Shown here in pieces: positions 12,201-23,376 of a stretch of 64,000 nucleotides of DNA. Made by a program: the position numbers and the translations under genes. The notes beneath the pieces are model-generated. The model ran no database searches, was not told the DNA's origin, and saw only the letters and a list, made by a program, of their open reading frames with translations. Source of the stretch: Naegleria gruberi (Eukaryota); the NCBI GenBank assembly GCA_000004985.1, contig GG738869.1; one strand, given 5' to 3'. Positions within the stretch are counted from its first letter, which is position 1; the number at the start of each line of letters is the position of its first letter.

Positions 12201-12536
12201 GGCAAGAAACAAGAAGTAATCATTGGAGATAAAATTAAGGTAACATTTGAGTCTAATTGGAGGGCGGATATTTCTGCAGAGTACATCGATAAACCAGAGG
12301 AATCCATGGATATTTCGAGATACAAAGATGAGGAACATATTAAATACTTTTCAAAAAAGCCAAAGCAAGCAAATGATGAAAATGAGAATGAAAATGAAAA
12401 TGAGGATGAGGTTATGGATGACATTATTAGTGAACCAGTCAAGGTAAATGATCCTTGGCTGAATTTTAGACTTAATTTATCCAACGAAAGTGGTTCTGAT
12501 GTAGAAAATAGTTCTGGTGAAGACAGTGATGAATAA
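9204..12536 (+). CDS. Double BTB/T1 (KCTD-like) domain protein, 3 exons, about 1,082 aa
   Basis: Exon 1 is 9204-11283 and carries two T1-type BTB domains (NLRGKIFITTLQTLTK...ILIDRDPDYFPIILEHLRTG and IDVRGVNFTLSTAKL...IFLDRDPTIFTIIYEYLING). Intron 1 is 11284-11320 (37 nt, GTAAGT..AAG). Exon 2 is a 40-nt micro-exon at 11321-11360 encoding EILCGFDIPCCCIG. Intron 2 is 11361-11407 (47 nt). Exon 3 is 11408-12536 and ends at TAA. The frame is continuous only when the micro-exon is included. Confidence 0.7.
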
Positions 12537-12577
12537 CAAGATTGAAAATAAATTATTTGTACCAATATATTTTATTA

Positions 12578-14315
12578 TTATAAATTGGTTTGCTCAACAT
12601 TTATAATGACAGGTTTAGATTGCAACTCTATGGAGAATTGATCTTCTTGAGATGATCCAATTTCCACAACAGAAATTGTTGAAGAACCTTCATCATTGTG
12701 TGTGAATGAAGAAGATGATCCAACAGACATTGAATCCTTGTAATGATAGTCAACTGTTAAGAAATTAGAAGTTGTTGGCTGTTTCTGTGATGATTGATGT
12801 GAATGATTGTGAGTTGTCTCACTATCTGAATGAGTTGACCTAGTACTCTCATTGTAGGACATACTACCCATTGTCTTTCCATTTTTAACCTTATTATTTG
12901 ATGATTTACTGACCTTCTCAACAAGAACAGGATTATACAGGAATAGGACAACTATTGCGAAACTCAAAATTCCAAACGAATTAACAAAATCTCTGAGTGG
13001 TCCCCAAACCATAATTCCAGTCTGTCTTGTCAGTGGCTCAAAGATAATGGCTAATATTTGAAATAATGCACAAAATGTCAAAGCAGATTGTAAAACCATA
13101 ATTTTGACATAGTGAGATTTGTTATCTTTTCCATTTTTGGAAGATTTGCTCTTTTGTCTTTCACCAATGACTTTCATCACTCTAAATCCATTCACATTGA
13201 AAAATATCGTTTGAGTTACGATCATGGCCAAGTCAACCACCAAACAAATCATATAAACAGGTAGCAGAACCTTGTCACTTGTCAAATCCAATTTAAATAG
13301 CAAGTAAAATACTGAAATTGCAGCTTTGATAATAAATGACATGAAAATATAAATAATTGTTAAGGCATTCAACAGATAGGTCATTATTTTGAAAGGTTTC
13401 TCCTTCAATGCACCAACTTTCTTACATGTAGTAATACTATTTTCAATTCCATCAAATTAAATAGATTAGAAAACAACACAAATAATTAATAAATTAAAAT
13501 TAGACAAAATTATTTTGAAAAACTCACAAAACTTGTTGGATAAAATTCAAAATTACCAAAACGGTAATAAAATTTCCTTTTGTAAATCCAAAATCTGCAG
13601 AAACAAAGATATGAAATATTGTCAATTTTCTATAGAAATTATCTATGATTGCATCATCAACATTAAATCCTTCAATTATCTTTCCATAAATGGAATAAAA
13701 TTCTGTTCTTAGAACTATAGCTAACGAATCTGCGACTATTCTTGTGCAAAGTGCAATTAATTGAATGAAAACAAGAAAGCAAACCATCAAGAGCATGATT
13801 TTCTGATTTCTATTCATTTTTTGCTTTTGATGAGGTTTCGAATTTCCTTTAGGAGTAGATGGCGAAACTGATGGAAACATATTCGAAGGTGTAGTTGGCT
13901 GAGATTGGTCATGATTTCTAGCAGAATTCTTCATGTGACTTGGTGGTCCTTCACTTTGATCTTCATTATCCGATTGACAAGAAGTATAATTTTGAAATTT
14001 TACAATCAATACAAATAATAAGAAGAAAACTAAATAAATGATGAAACCACCAATGAATATTCCATTAATTCCCAAGCTAGCTGATGCGTATGGTATTGTT
14101 TTGAGAGTATTGTTTGTAGAATCGAATAGTTTGAAAGTTTCTAATAAGTCACTTTCGTTTCTTGTAGTTGAAATGATAGAATCTACTGGCGAATTTTGTA
14201 TGATGGATAACCCATGCATCTCTTTCAATGTTTTTTTTTCTTGTTGTAGTAATGCATGATGTACTTTGACTGTTCGAAACCATACGAAATCTGCATTCAG
14301 TAAAACAGCTTGCAT
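12578..14315 (-). CDS. Seven-transmembrane (GPCR-like) membrane protein, 2 exons, about 548 aa
   Basis: Exon 1 is 13528-14315 and exon 2 is 12578-13436. They are joined by a 91-nt intron at 13437-13527 (GTGAGT...AAAATAG) that restores the frame. Seven hydrophobic helices can be read, and the C-terminal tail is Ser/Thr/His-rich. The two ORF-track entries 13524-14315 and 12578-13408 correspond to the two exons. Confidence 0.65.
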
Positions 14316-14589
14316 TTATGGAGCAATAAATACAAATACACACCATTAGTTCCATCCTTTAACATCACCAAGAAGTTTATAATTCTCAAAATGATTTTGA
14401 AATAATAGTTATGGAAATGTTTGATTGTTTCTGAAAATGGCAAGTTAGTTTTAAGACCAAATATATTTTTGAAATGCTGTGATTGCTGTGATTGATCCAT
14501 TGGCTGTTTATTACCCACCGCCTATCAATAGGAAATTTTGATTAGAAGAAATACAGAATGGCTAATAATTTAAATATTAAGGAAAAGGT

Positions 14590-14663
14590 TACAGCGAGCG
14601 GGGCTGGAACCCGCGACCTTAAGCGTGTTAGACTTACTATCTAACCAACTGATCTATCGCTGC
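14590..14663 (-). tRNA. tRNA-Val (anticodon AAC)
   Basis: The reverse complement is GCAGCGATAGATCAGTTGGTTAGATAGTAAGTCTAACACGCTTAAGGTCGCGGGTTCCAGCCCCGCTCGCTGTA. The anticodon arm TAAGT-CTAACAC-GCTTA gives anticodon AAC. T arm is GCGGG/TTCCAGC/CCCGC. The D-stem is weak (3 bp) and position 1:72 is a G:U pair. Confidence 0.7.
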
Positions 14664-15935
14664 ATACATATTTAATAATTTATTAAGAATGAATCAAGCA
14701 TATCAGTTTTGCCACTATCCTGTTCAATCGAGGAGAGTTATTTACCTTCACTTCAATAATATTATTATTATTTACTCATGATGCTGATGAATAAAAATTA
14801 TCCTACCACAACCCAATGCTTCTAATCACTCTTGTGTACATCTACATTAAATATTTTCCCTTCTTATTCAATATTCATCAAGATTATCAACAATTTCTAT
14901 CAATACATGAAGTTTCACCTTCTGCCCTTTGACTTTAAAAAATTTGACGAGTTGATTGTGTGAAAGATGATGAACGAAATATGATGCTTGAAAAAATAAT
15001 CAAAAACAAAAATTTATCATCAATTCATTACCAACAATTTTATTCTGTGATGATTATCATAATAGGTTCTTGACTAGATTTTAAATAACTTTATACACTA
15101 CTAGTAGGGATGAAATGGAATCTACTCATGTGATTTTTAGGGAATTTAATCAAAAGATGAGGATTTTGCAAGTCAATGATAAGAATCACAAAAACTATTT
15201 ACCGACTGATGACTCATAACCTCTTCAGATGTTGGTAGCTATCTATTCTACTCTATTGAAGTTGGTCCGAGCTTTTTGCTATCAACATAACAACATCAAA
15301 ATATTAATCTTCTCATTTACATCACCAATAACAACATGTAACCAACAACCATCCCAGGATAGCCTCTAATAATGGTCTACTAGCATCCCAGAGAGTTTCT
15401 ATTCTTTTTAGTAGTTGTTGGTGAAGTTAGAAATGTTTGAAGATTTTAACATCATTATTAGCAATCTACAACAACTAATTATTCTTTATGATTAATATAT
15501 ATTGTTATTAATGGTAAGGACAATAATTACCAACAAAACAATTATTAGGATAATGGAATATGCAAAACCATCCGTAATCATCATCAATTATCATTATTCT
15601 GTGGAGCTGAACAGTGTGTCCTTCGTGGAAGATATCTTCCGTTGATTCATCACAATTAAATATGAATCTTGTGGAAAACCTCCATTGACAATTTTTAACT
15701 TCTCATCATATTAATTGATACTATTAGAAGTCACAACTTGTTTTAGGTTCAAGTTTGTTGATAATTTACTGTGAGATAATACTAAGAGTTGTAGCCATAA
15801 ATAGTACAGTTGGTCAAATGAGCATTGTTTAAATTTCATGATTTTTGAGCGAATAACCAATTCTCTCAAATATTACTCAAAAGAAAAAAGGTGAATATTG
15901 AAATTGCACATTCTATTGTTTTTAATCTTTAAAAA

Positions 15936-16337
15936 ATGTCATCGTGTGTTGTTTTGATTTTCAACGATTTACAATCTTCTCCACTTTTGATTGGAAAATT
16001 CCGACAACAACAAGCCCATCGACTACACACCATACGAATAGTTTATTGTCATCCCCATCATCAAGTTCCACAACTTTTGAATACTGAAACAATTGCATTG
16101 ATGAAAGGAATGGACAAAGAAAAACCAATGAGTGACCGTAAAGTACTTAATTATCCAGAAGAACATAAGCCAATGATGAAGAAATTAGAGAAATTATGTG
16201 AAAAGGTTGGAAGATTACAAGCTTTCAGATATCATAGATATTACGAATGTCATATTGGAGGTTTTGAATATGAAATTAATGCATACGGCATTGGTGGGGT
16301 ATTTTTCCTAGTATTCTACTCAGAAGGAGATTGGTAA
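15936..16337 (+). CDS. Hypothetical small protein (133 aa), no recognisable domain
   Basis: Isolated ORF in an otherwise ORF-free 1.8-kb intergenic region. I did not recognise a motif. Confidence 0.25.
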   Translation: MSSCVVLIFNDLQSSPLLIGKFRQQQAHRLHTIRIVYCHPHHQVPQLLNTETIALMKGMDKEKPMSDRKVLNYPEEHKPMMKKLEKLCEKVGRLQAFRYHRYYECHIGGFEYEINAYGIGGVFFLVFYSEGDW

Positions 16338-16523
16338 ATCATCTACTTTCAATGAATTATTGTCATTAATAAACGCTCATTGCACAGATGTTGAGCTGTG
16401 TGTTACAAAACTTTAAAAGATCGGGTTGTGGAATATTTGGGAAGTTCGTTGGAACATTGTTCCAGATTTGTTGCCTAAGATATTAATATCCTTTCTCACC
16501 CAATCATCACATCAATTATAAAA

Positions 16524-17768
16524 ATGGGACAAGGCAAATCATCTCAATCTCCAGCCACTGTTTCCGATCAGTGTTCTCTCTCACGATCACAATTAAAATT
16601 CACCTCCAAATTATTTGCAAGTTTAACCGCTTCCATGAATCATCATCATCATGATAATGATCATCAATCGAAGAAACAAGAAGAAAATGTGGTACTTTCT
16701 CCAATTTCAATTTTTATTAGTTTTCTAATGACTTTGAATGGAGCAAGAGGTGAAACTCTTGAACAATTATTTAAATTATTATCAATTGATAATGAGAAAA
16801 GTTTGGGAGAATGGCGAAATCAAGAGTTGGTTCCTTATGCGAATGGAATTATTGAATCGATTGGAAGTTCTCAAGTGTTAAAGATTGCTAATGGATTGTT
16901 TGTTGCTGAGAGAATTGAATTACAGAGCGAGTTTGAACAATTAACAAGTAACATTTTCAAATCTTGTGTGCAATCGTGTAATTTTGATAATGCTGAATCG
17001 AGTGCTGATACAATTAACAAATGGGTTGAAGAAAAGACACAAAAGATGATTAAGGGATTGGTTTCTCCTTCAGCTTTCAATTCAGAAACTTTGTTAGTTT
17101 TGGTGAATGCTGTTCATTTTCTTGGAAATTGGAAGTTGCCATTCGATCCAAATGATACTTTCGATTATGAATTCACATCTCACGTGTTTCCAAATAAGAA
17201 GATACCAACCATGAGTAAATATAATGAGAGAGTTGCTTATGGAAATGAGAAGGATTATCACTGGGTGGCATTGCCTTATTCTGATGCAAATTATAGAATG
17301 ACCATTATTACAACAAGAGAAACAGAGGTTAATGAACAAAATGAAAGAGAATTCAATAGTTGGTTCTGTAAGAAATTGGATTCTGGGAAGAGTTTGAAAC
17401 AATTATTTTCAGTTAGCTCAGAAGAACTCTCTTATATGTACATTCCAAAATTCGATATTGAATATTCAATTGATCTGACTGAGACACTATCCCAAGATCC
17501 TTTCAGTGTTAAAAATGTATTTTCCAATGCAGATTTTAGTGAAATGACAACAGTGGAAACTGTCAAAATTTCAAAAGTCATTCACAAGGCAATTATTAAA
17601 GTGGATGAATTTGGAACAAAGGCAGCTGCTGCAACTGCAATTATTGCTGAGGAAGATAATGACATTGAAGAGTTATATTTCACTGCTGATAGACCATTTA
17701 TTTATTTCATTTCTCATGTTCCATCTGGATCTGTAATCTTTGTTGGAAAATTTATTGGAATGCCTTGA
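16524..17768 (+). CDS. Serpin (inhibitory-type), single exon, 414 aa, no signal peptide
   Basis: Reactive-centre-loop hinge EFGTKAAAATAIIAEE. C-terminal serpin signature FTADRPFIYFISH...VIFVGKFIGMP. Shutter/breach segment LVLVNAVHFLGNWKLPFD. The N-terminus MGQGKSSQS matches an N-myristoylation consensus rather than a secretion signal. Confidence 0.85.
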   Translation: MGQGKSSQSPATVSDQCSLSRSQLKFTSKLFASLTASMNHHHHDNDHQSKKQEENVVLSPISIFISFLMTLNGARGETLEQLFKLLSIDNEKSLGEWRNQELVPYANGIIESIGSSQVLKIANGLFVAERIELQSEFEQLTSNIFKSCVQSCNFDNAESSADTINKWVEEKTQKMIKGLVSPSAFNSETLLVLVNAVHFLGNWKLPFDPNDTFDYEFTSHVFPNKKIPTMSKYNERVAYGNEKDYHWVALPYSDANYRMTIITTRETEVNEQNEREFNSWFCKKLDSGKSLKQLFSVSSEELSYMYIPKFDIEYSIDLTETLSQDPFSVKNVFSNADFSEMTTVETVKISKVIHKAIIKVDEFGTKAAAATAIIAEEDNDIEELYFTADRPFIYFISHVPSGSVIFVGKFIGMP

Positions 17769-18046
17769 CATCTCTCCAACTCAACTGATCTAGACGAGAT
17801 AACATGATTCAAATACAATCATTAAATTGTATCATGTTTCCATTACAAAAATTCCTTTTCAAAGTCTTTCCATGTTACAAGTTCACTGAGATTTCGATAA
17901 TAATAATATTTGGATTTTGATAACGAACTGATTGGAACAATGCGGTAATGGAAAAGAAATTTGATTTGACATTCCAGTTCATATGTTCAACTGACATTTA
18001 TTAAAACAAGATACAGACCTGTAAAAATCAACCAGAAAGAAAAAAA

Positions 18047-21000
18047 ATGTTAAAAAGTTCACTTGTTGTGGACGAGAGTGGAAAACCTGGAGTTGATGGA
18101 CACTCTGGTAGAAGGTTTGTACTTTTAATTGTTTATATTGACGTTTGGCATGCTAGTGGAACGGATGGTAGCTCAGGAAGTGTAAGTTTTGATGAGATTC
18201 GAATAAATTGATACTAAACGATGACGACAAATAGAGTGGAAGTTCAGGGAGAAGTGGTGGAAATGGTCAAAGAGGAGCAAATGGCATGAACGGAGGAAAG
18301 TAAGTTGTTTCGTCAATATTTCACAAGTTTCGAATGTATTTTGAACTTAAAAGTGGAGGAAAAGGCACAAATGGTAGTCAGTAAGTATATCTATCATATC
18401 ATCATGCAATTTAACATTAAAATAGTGGTACAAATGGAACTAGCGGTCAACATGCCAAAAACATTAAAGTGACAATTGAAGGATTAGACCACAAGTCAAT
18501 TGTTGTGAAAGGTTCTGCTAATGAAACTTTATGCTTGGATGATGGATCTGTCAGAGCTCTAGTATTCCTTGCGAATGGAGGTGATGGAGGGCAGTAAGTA
18601 TTGAACTGACATATTTGAAGTGACAAGTGACTTTTAGTGGAGGCAATGGTGGACGTGGAGGTGATGGAGGCAATGGTGGTCATGGTGGAACCGGTGGCCA
18701 TGGAGGCAGAGGACATAACGGTCCTAGAGGATGTTCTGGAGGACATGGAGGAGAGTAAGTTTAGTTTCATTTAGTTTTATAAATTTATATACTTATATAC
18801 TTTTGAAATAGTGGAGGAGAGTAAGTAATATTTTGGAAATATTTGATCACTAATTAAATGTGGCTTAGTGGTGGAAAGTAAGTTTTGGTTTTTTAGTTTG
18901 GAAATTAGAAAATTTAAAGTGGTGGAAAGTAAGTCTTTCTAATTTTAGTAATTCCATATTTATTCGAAATTAAAAATAGTGGTGGAGATGGAGGAGAGTA
19001 AGTTTCATCAATCTATTCATACAATTAACCTTCCAAAAATAGTGGTGGAAATGGTGCCAAGTAAGTTTCAAATTCTCATTCAGTCAACCAACCCTTAATT
19101 GTCAATTTTCCAAGTGGAGGAAATGGCGGAAATGGTGGATCAATCATTATCGAAACTCATAACCCATCTCTTCTGAAATTCATTCATACAGAATATCGAT
19201 CTGGAAAGAAAGGCAAAGGAGGACATGAAGGAAGTGGTGGTTACAATGGAAGTTCTGGATCTGGTGGTTCTGGAGGAAGTCCAGGATCAGGTGGTTCTCC
19301 AGGTCCTGGTGCAAGTGGTCAATCGTTACATTGTGGCCACAGTGGAACTCATGGAAGAGGTGGTCAATCAGGAAGTTCAGGAAATTTGGGAAGATGGTAA
19401 GTTGACTAGAAAATTTAAGTTGATTAAATTTTCATAGTGGAGTTGAAGGTCAGGATGGACAAGATGGTAATGAAGGAACTATTCAATTCACTGTCTTTGA
19501 TCCAGTCACTAATCAAGTGTTGGATCAAGGTAGCTCAGTGTTTGATTTAGTGGTAAATTCGTTCCAGTTGACTGCTGTTGAAGATGATGGAGTTTTTGAA
19601 CCTGGAGAAGCTGTTTTTATTTCAAATGTGAAGGTGACCAATCAAGGTGGTATGATATTGCCTATTGGAAGTGTCATTTCCTTTCCAACAAGTTTGGGAC
19701 AACAAAGTTTCGTTTCGTCTGGAGCTTTTTATATTTTACAACAAGCTCTGCATCCTGGTGAGACTTTTATAATTCCATTTCAATTTTTTGGAACTATTTC
19801 AGATACTCCAGAGCCCCAGCCATCATTGTTGGGTCATTACAAGTCAATTATGCCAATTCAATCTTTGGCAACTTTACTCACATCTCCATTCGAAACTTTC
19901 CTAAAGAATGATTATACTATTCAATATCCAGTTCAATTAGAATCAATCATTGCACCTCCTCAATTAGGAAGAACCGAAAGAGGAATCATAACTTTAAATT
20001 TTAGAAACATTTCACAAATTAATTATGGATGCAATGACAAGACTCATTTAAAGTTTAGTTTAGTCTTTGATCCAAGATTTATTGTGCATAATGAACCTAA
20101 TTTGAATGGAGTTAATGGAGTAGAAGAAGACATACCAATGATTCCACCAGGAATGACATTTTCAAGAAGTTTCCAAGTTGAAATTAATGATCTAGCTCAA
20201 TTCTTTGAAATTGTTCCATTTAAGGCAAGTTTATTCTTGAGAGGAAAGAAAATTGAAAATGCAGAAAGCATCATTAGATTAACTCCCAACTTTACCCCAA
20301 TCGCCAATCCATCTCTGAATCCATTCGATGTTTTATTCTTCACCGATAGACACATTCAAAGACCTGAATTCTTATGTTACGTCAAAATATTCGAAGGTTT
20401 AGGATTATCAATCAATATTTGGGATATTGAAAGATATGGAAGTGCTTCATTTATTAGAGGAACCACAAACAGACATCCAATTTCCTGGGTGAATGGCGGC
20501 TTTGAGGGTAAGATGATAATTCTTCCAATGCTCAACCAGGGAGATGATCAACATTTGGGAGCATCTGATATTCTACAATTATTGAGAGGACCTAATTGGA
20601 GAGATGATCATACACATGCAACGAATGGGTCTTTATTATTTGTGGGAAGTGTTGATGAGGCCAAATTTAAAAGTCGTCTCTTTTCTCCAGTTATGGAAAA
20701 GGAAATTCCTGAAAGTGAGCTAAAGGAAATGTTTCTACTCAACTCGCCAAATGATGGACATTTAGCCAAGAGAGTGAATGATTATATTCAGAAGAATTGC
20801 TTGAAAAAAGCTCAAAGTAGAATCTTTGTTTCACACAATGTCAAATATAATCCACAAAAAAGTGGCGCGCTGTCAAAGACTACTTTGGGAACAGCATTTT
20901 ACAAGGAATTACCATTGACAGTTTCAGATAATCTATTCTTTGTTCCATCAATGAGTGGAAATTCTCAAAATTTCTTGATTATTGATGCTCAGGATAATTT

Positions 21001-21694
21001 GAATTCCAATCAATTTATAGTCAATTCTAATTTTGGAAGATTGTTTTATTCAGTGATGATTTCTCTTCCATTGGAAAAGAAGTTGAAATTGTTGAGACAA
21101 CCGACAGAATGGTTGAAGAATTTGACATTTGTTGATGAAACTGGAAAGATAGTGAGCTATGTCAGTTCCATTATTCTTTCGCTTAATTATTGCATGTTTA
21201 TGGAAATTATTTATAAGGAAGAAATTGGAAGATATACCAATATTATCTTGAAAGATTTCGAATCAAACATTTCAGAATATAAGAATAATCCTCACTGTCA
21301 AGTCATTGCAGAATCATTATACTTTGTAATTACCAAATTAAGAAAAGATTTAAAGTGGAAAGGAATGTTACTCTCCAAAATCAAAGATAACAAACAATCA
21401 TTCTCCAAATTCTGCAAGCCTTTCCAAAAAACTCTCTTTTCCTTACTTGATCCAGCTCAAATTGATTTACTTAAAAAGGAAACAAAAGAAAAGATTAAGA
21501 ACATTACAACCAAACAATCATTTGCAGTCAATTTGAATTTCATTCAAAGACCACTCATTGATGATTATCATCACACATTGGAGAATCAGCTCACTAAGAA
21601 TGTATTCGATTCTGCATCGAAAGCTCTTTCAAAGAATTTCAAATTTGCTTCAGAGGAAGTTACCAAAGCAGGAGCCGAATTCTTAAATTATTAA
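18047..21694 (+). CDS. Glycine-rich / collagen-like (GXY then GGX repeat) protein with a large unknown C-terminal domain; 13 exons
   Basis: Exons are 18047-18114, 18157-18181, 18235-18299, 18354-18380, 18426-18593, 18638-18754, 18812-18820, 18869-18877, 18920-18928, 18980-18997, 19043-19060, 19115-19396 and 19438-21694. Introns are 41-57 nt with GTAAGT (one GTTTGT) 5' sites and AG 3' sites. Splicing keeps the GXY register (GKPGVDGHSGRS|GTDGSSGS|GSSGRSGGNGQRGANGMNGG...). Three consecutive exons are only 9 nt (tggaggaga, tggtggaaa, tggtggaaa). The last exon matches ORF 19517-21694. Confidence 0.7.
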
Positions 21695-21815
21695 ATAAAC
21701 ATTATTTAAAATATTGATCAAAATTTATTAAAATTCTGGTCACTTCCTAATTTGGAAAGTAATGAACTTTACAAAATCCAATCAATTTTAAATAAAAAAA
21801 ATCTTTTAAAAAAAA

Positions 21816-23261
21816 ATGTCTCTAAGCAAAATCAAAGGACCCTTTCAATTTCCATTGATCGGATCAGCTCCCTACATTTGGAGAAAAGGTGGTGTTACCA
21901 AAATGGTTCATGTATTCCGATCGTTATATCAAGATTTTGGACCAATTGTTGAATTATCGGCATTGGGAAAGAAGAGTGTTGTAATCTTTGATCCGGATAT
22001 GTATTTACAAGTGCATAGAGCATGTGGATCGTGTCCATTTGGAGCTACGGACACACTGTGGATGTTACATGCCTACTTTGAGAATCGTAAGAAATTGGAT
22101 TCTGGATTTATGAAGATGGATTATGGAAGTGGTGAGGAGTGGATTCGTGTGAGGAAGCCAATGCAGAAGGGTTTGTTTGTTCCAGAATCTTCTACGTATT
22201 ATTCTGAACATTTGAATGAAGTTTGTCAAGATGCTTCCAGGTTGATTGTAATGGAAATGCAAAAGGGAAAATCATTGCATGAATTTTTACAGAGATTGAG
22301 CTTTGAAATGGTTTCTTATTCATTGTTGGGGAAGAGGATGGGCGCTTTGACAAATGATGAGCCATTGTTGAGAGCTACTATTAGATCAATTGAGTGTGCG
22401 AGTGCCATGATGATGAGTCCAATACAGGAATATAACATGACCTTGAATACTAGATTGTGGAAAGATTGGGTCAAGAGTGTAGATTACATGTTGGAAAGAA
22501 CTGCTGAAATTATTGAAAATGCAATTCAGAGTAAGAGCAAAAAGTCATATATTGACATTTTGAGGGAAAATAATGAGTTGACAATGAGTCAAATTGTTTC
22601 AAATATTCCTGGATTAATGATGGCTGGATTTGAGACTGTGGCTTCAACTCTAAGTTGGACATTGATTCATTTGGCTCAAAATGAACATTGTCAAGCAATT
22701 TTATATGAGGAAATTCAAAGAGTTCTTGGAGATCGGCCATTCCAAAAGGATGACATTTCACACATGCCTTATTTGAAGAGTACCATTAGAGAAGTTCATC
22801 GTTTGACTCCAACTGCCTTTGCAATTCTCAGAAGAATGGACGAACCTGTAGTGATTGATAATTATGAAATCCCAGCTAAGGCATGGCTCTGTTTCAGCCC
22901 TGTTGGTATTTCAATGGATCCGAAATTTGTGGAATCTCCAGAAGAATTCAATCCTGGACGATATCTCAATAGAGTTGCAAGAGAGTGGCCACTTTTTGAT
23001 CATCCACTGATGAGAGATGGTTTCGGATATGGTCCAAGAAAATGTTTGGTATGTTTTATTACAATTTGAAAATAATTTAATATTGACTATTTCATTAAGG
23101 GTTTCCGATTGGCTGAGATGGAAATTTGGACAGTCATTGTAACATTAATAAGAGATTATCAAATATCACTAGCTCCTGGTACTAAAAAATTCGATATTGT
23201 CAATCATGCTGCAACCTATCCATCTCCAACTCCTCAATTAATATTTAAAAAGAGAACCTAA
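21816..23261 (+). CDS. Cytochrome P450, 2 exons
   Basis: Heme-binding motif FGYGPRKCL|GFRLAEMEI is split by a 51-nt intron at 23049-23099 (GTATGT...TTAAG). Exon 2 is 23100-23261 and ends at TAA. K-helix ExxR is present (TIREVHRL). No hydrophobic N-terminal anchor is seen (MSLSKIKGPFQFPLIG). Confidence 0.8.
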
Positions 23262-23376
23262 ATAGTGAAACTTGGTTCCAAAGCAATCTATTTATAAACG
23301 ACCTATCTTATAAAAATTTACCAAATATTCTCATTCACATGATAGGTCAGTAAGAGAGAAGGCTGCCTCTTAATTT

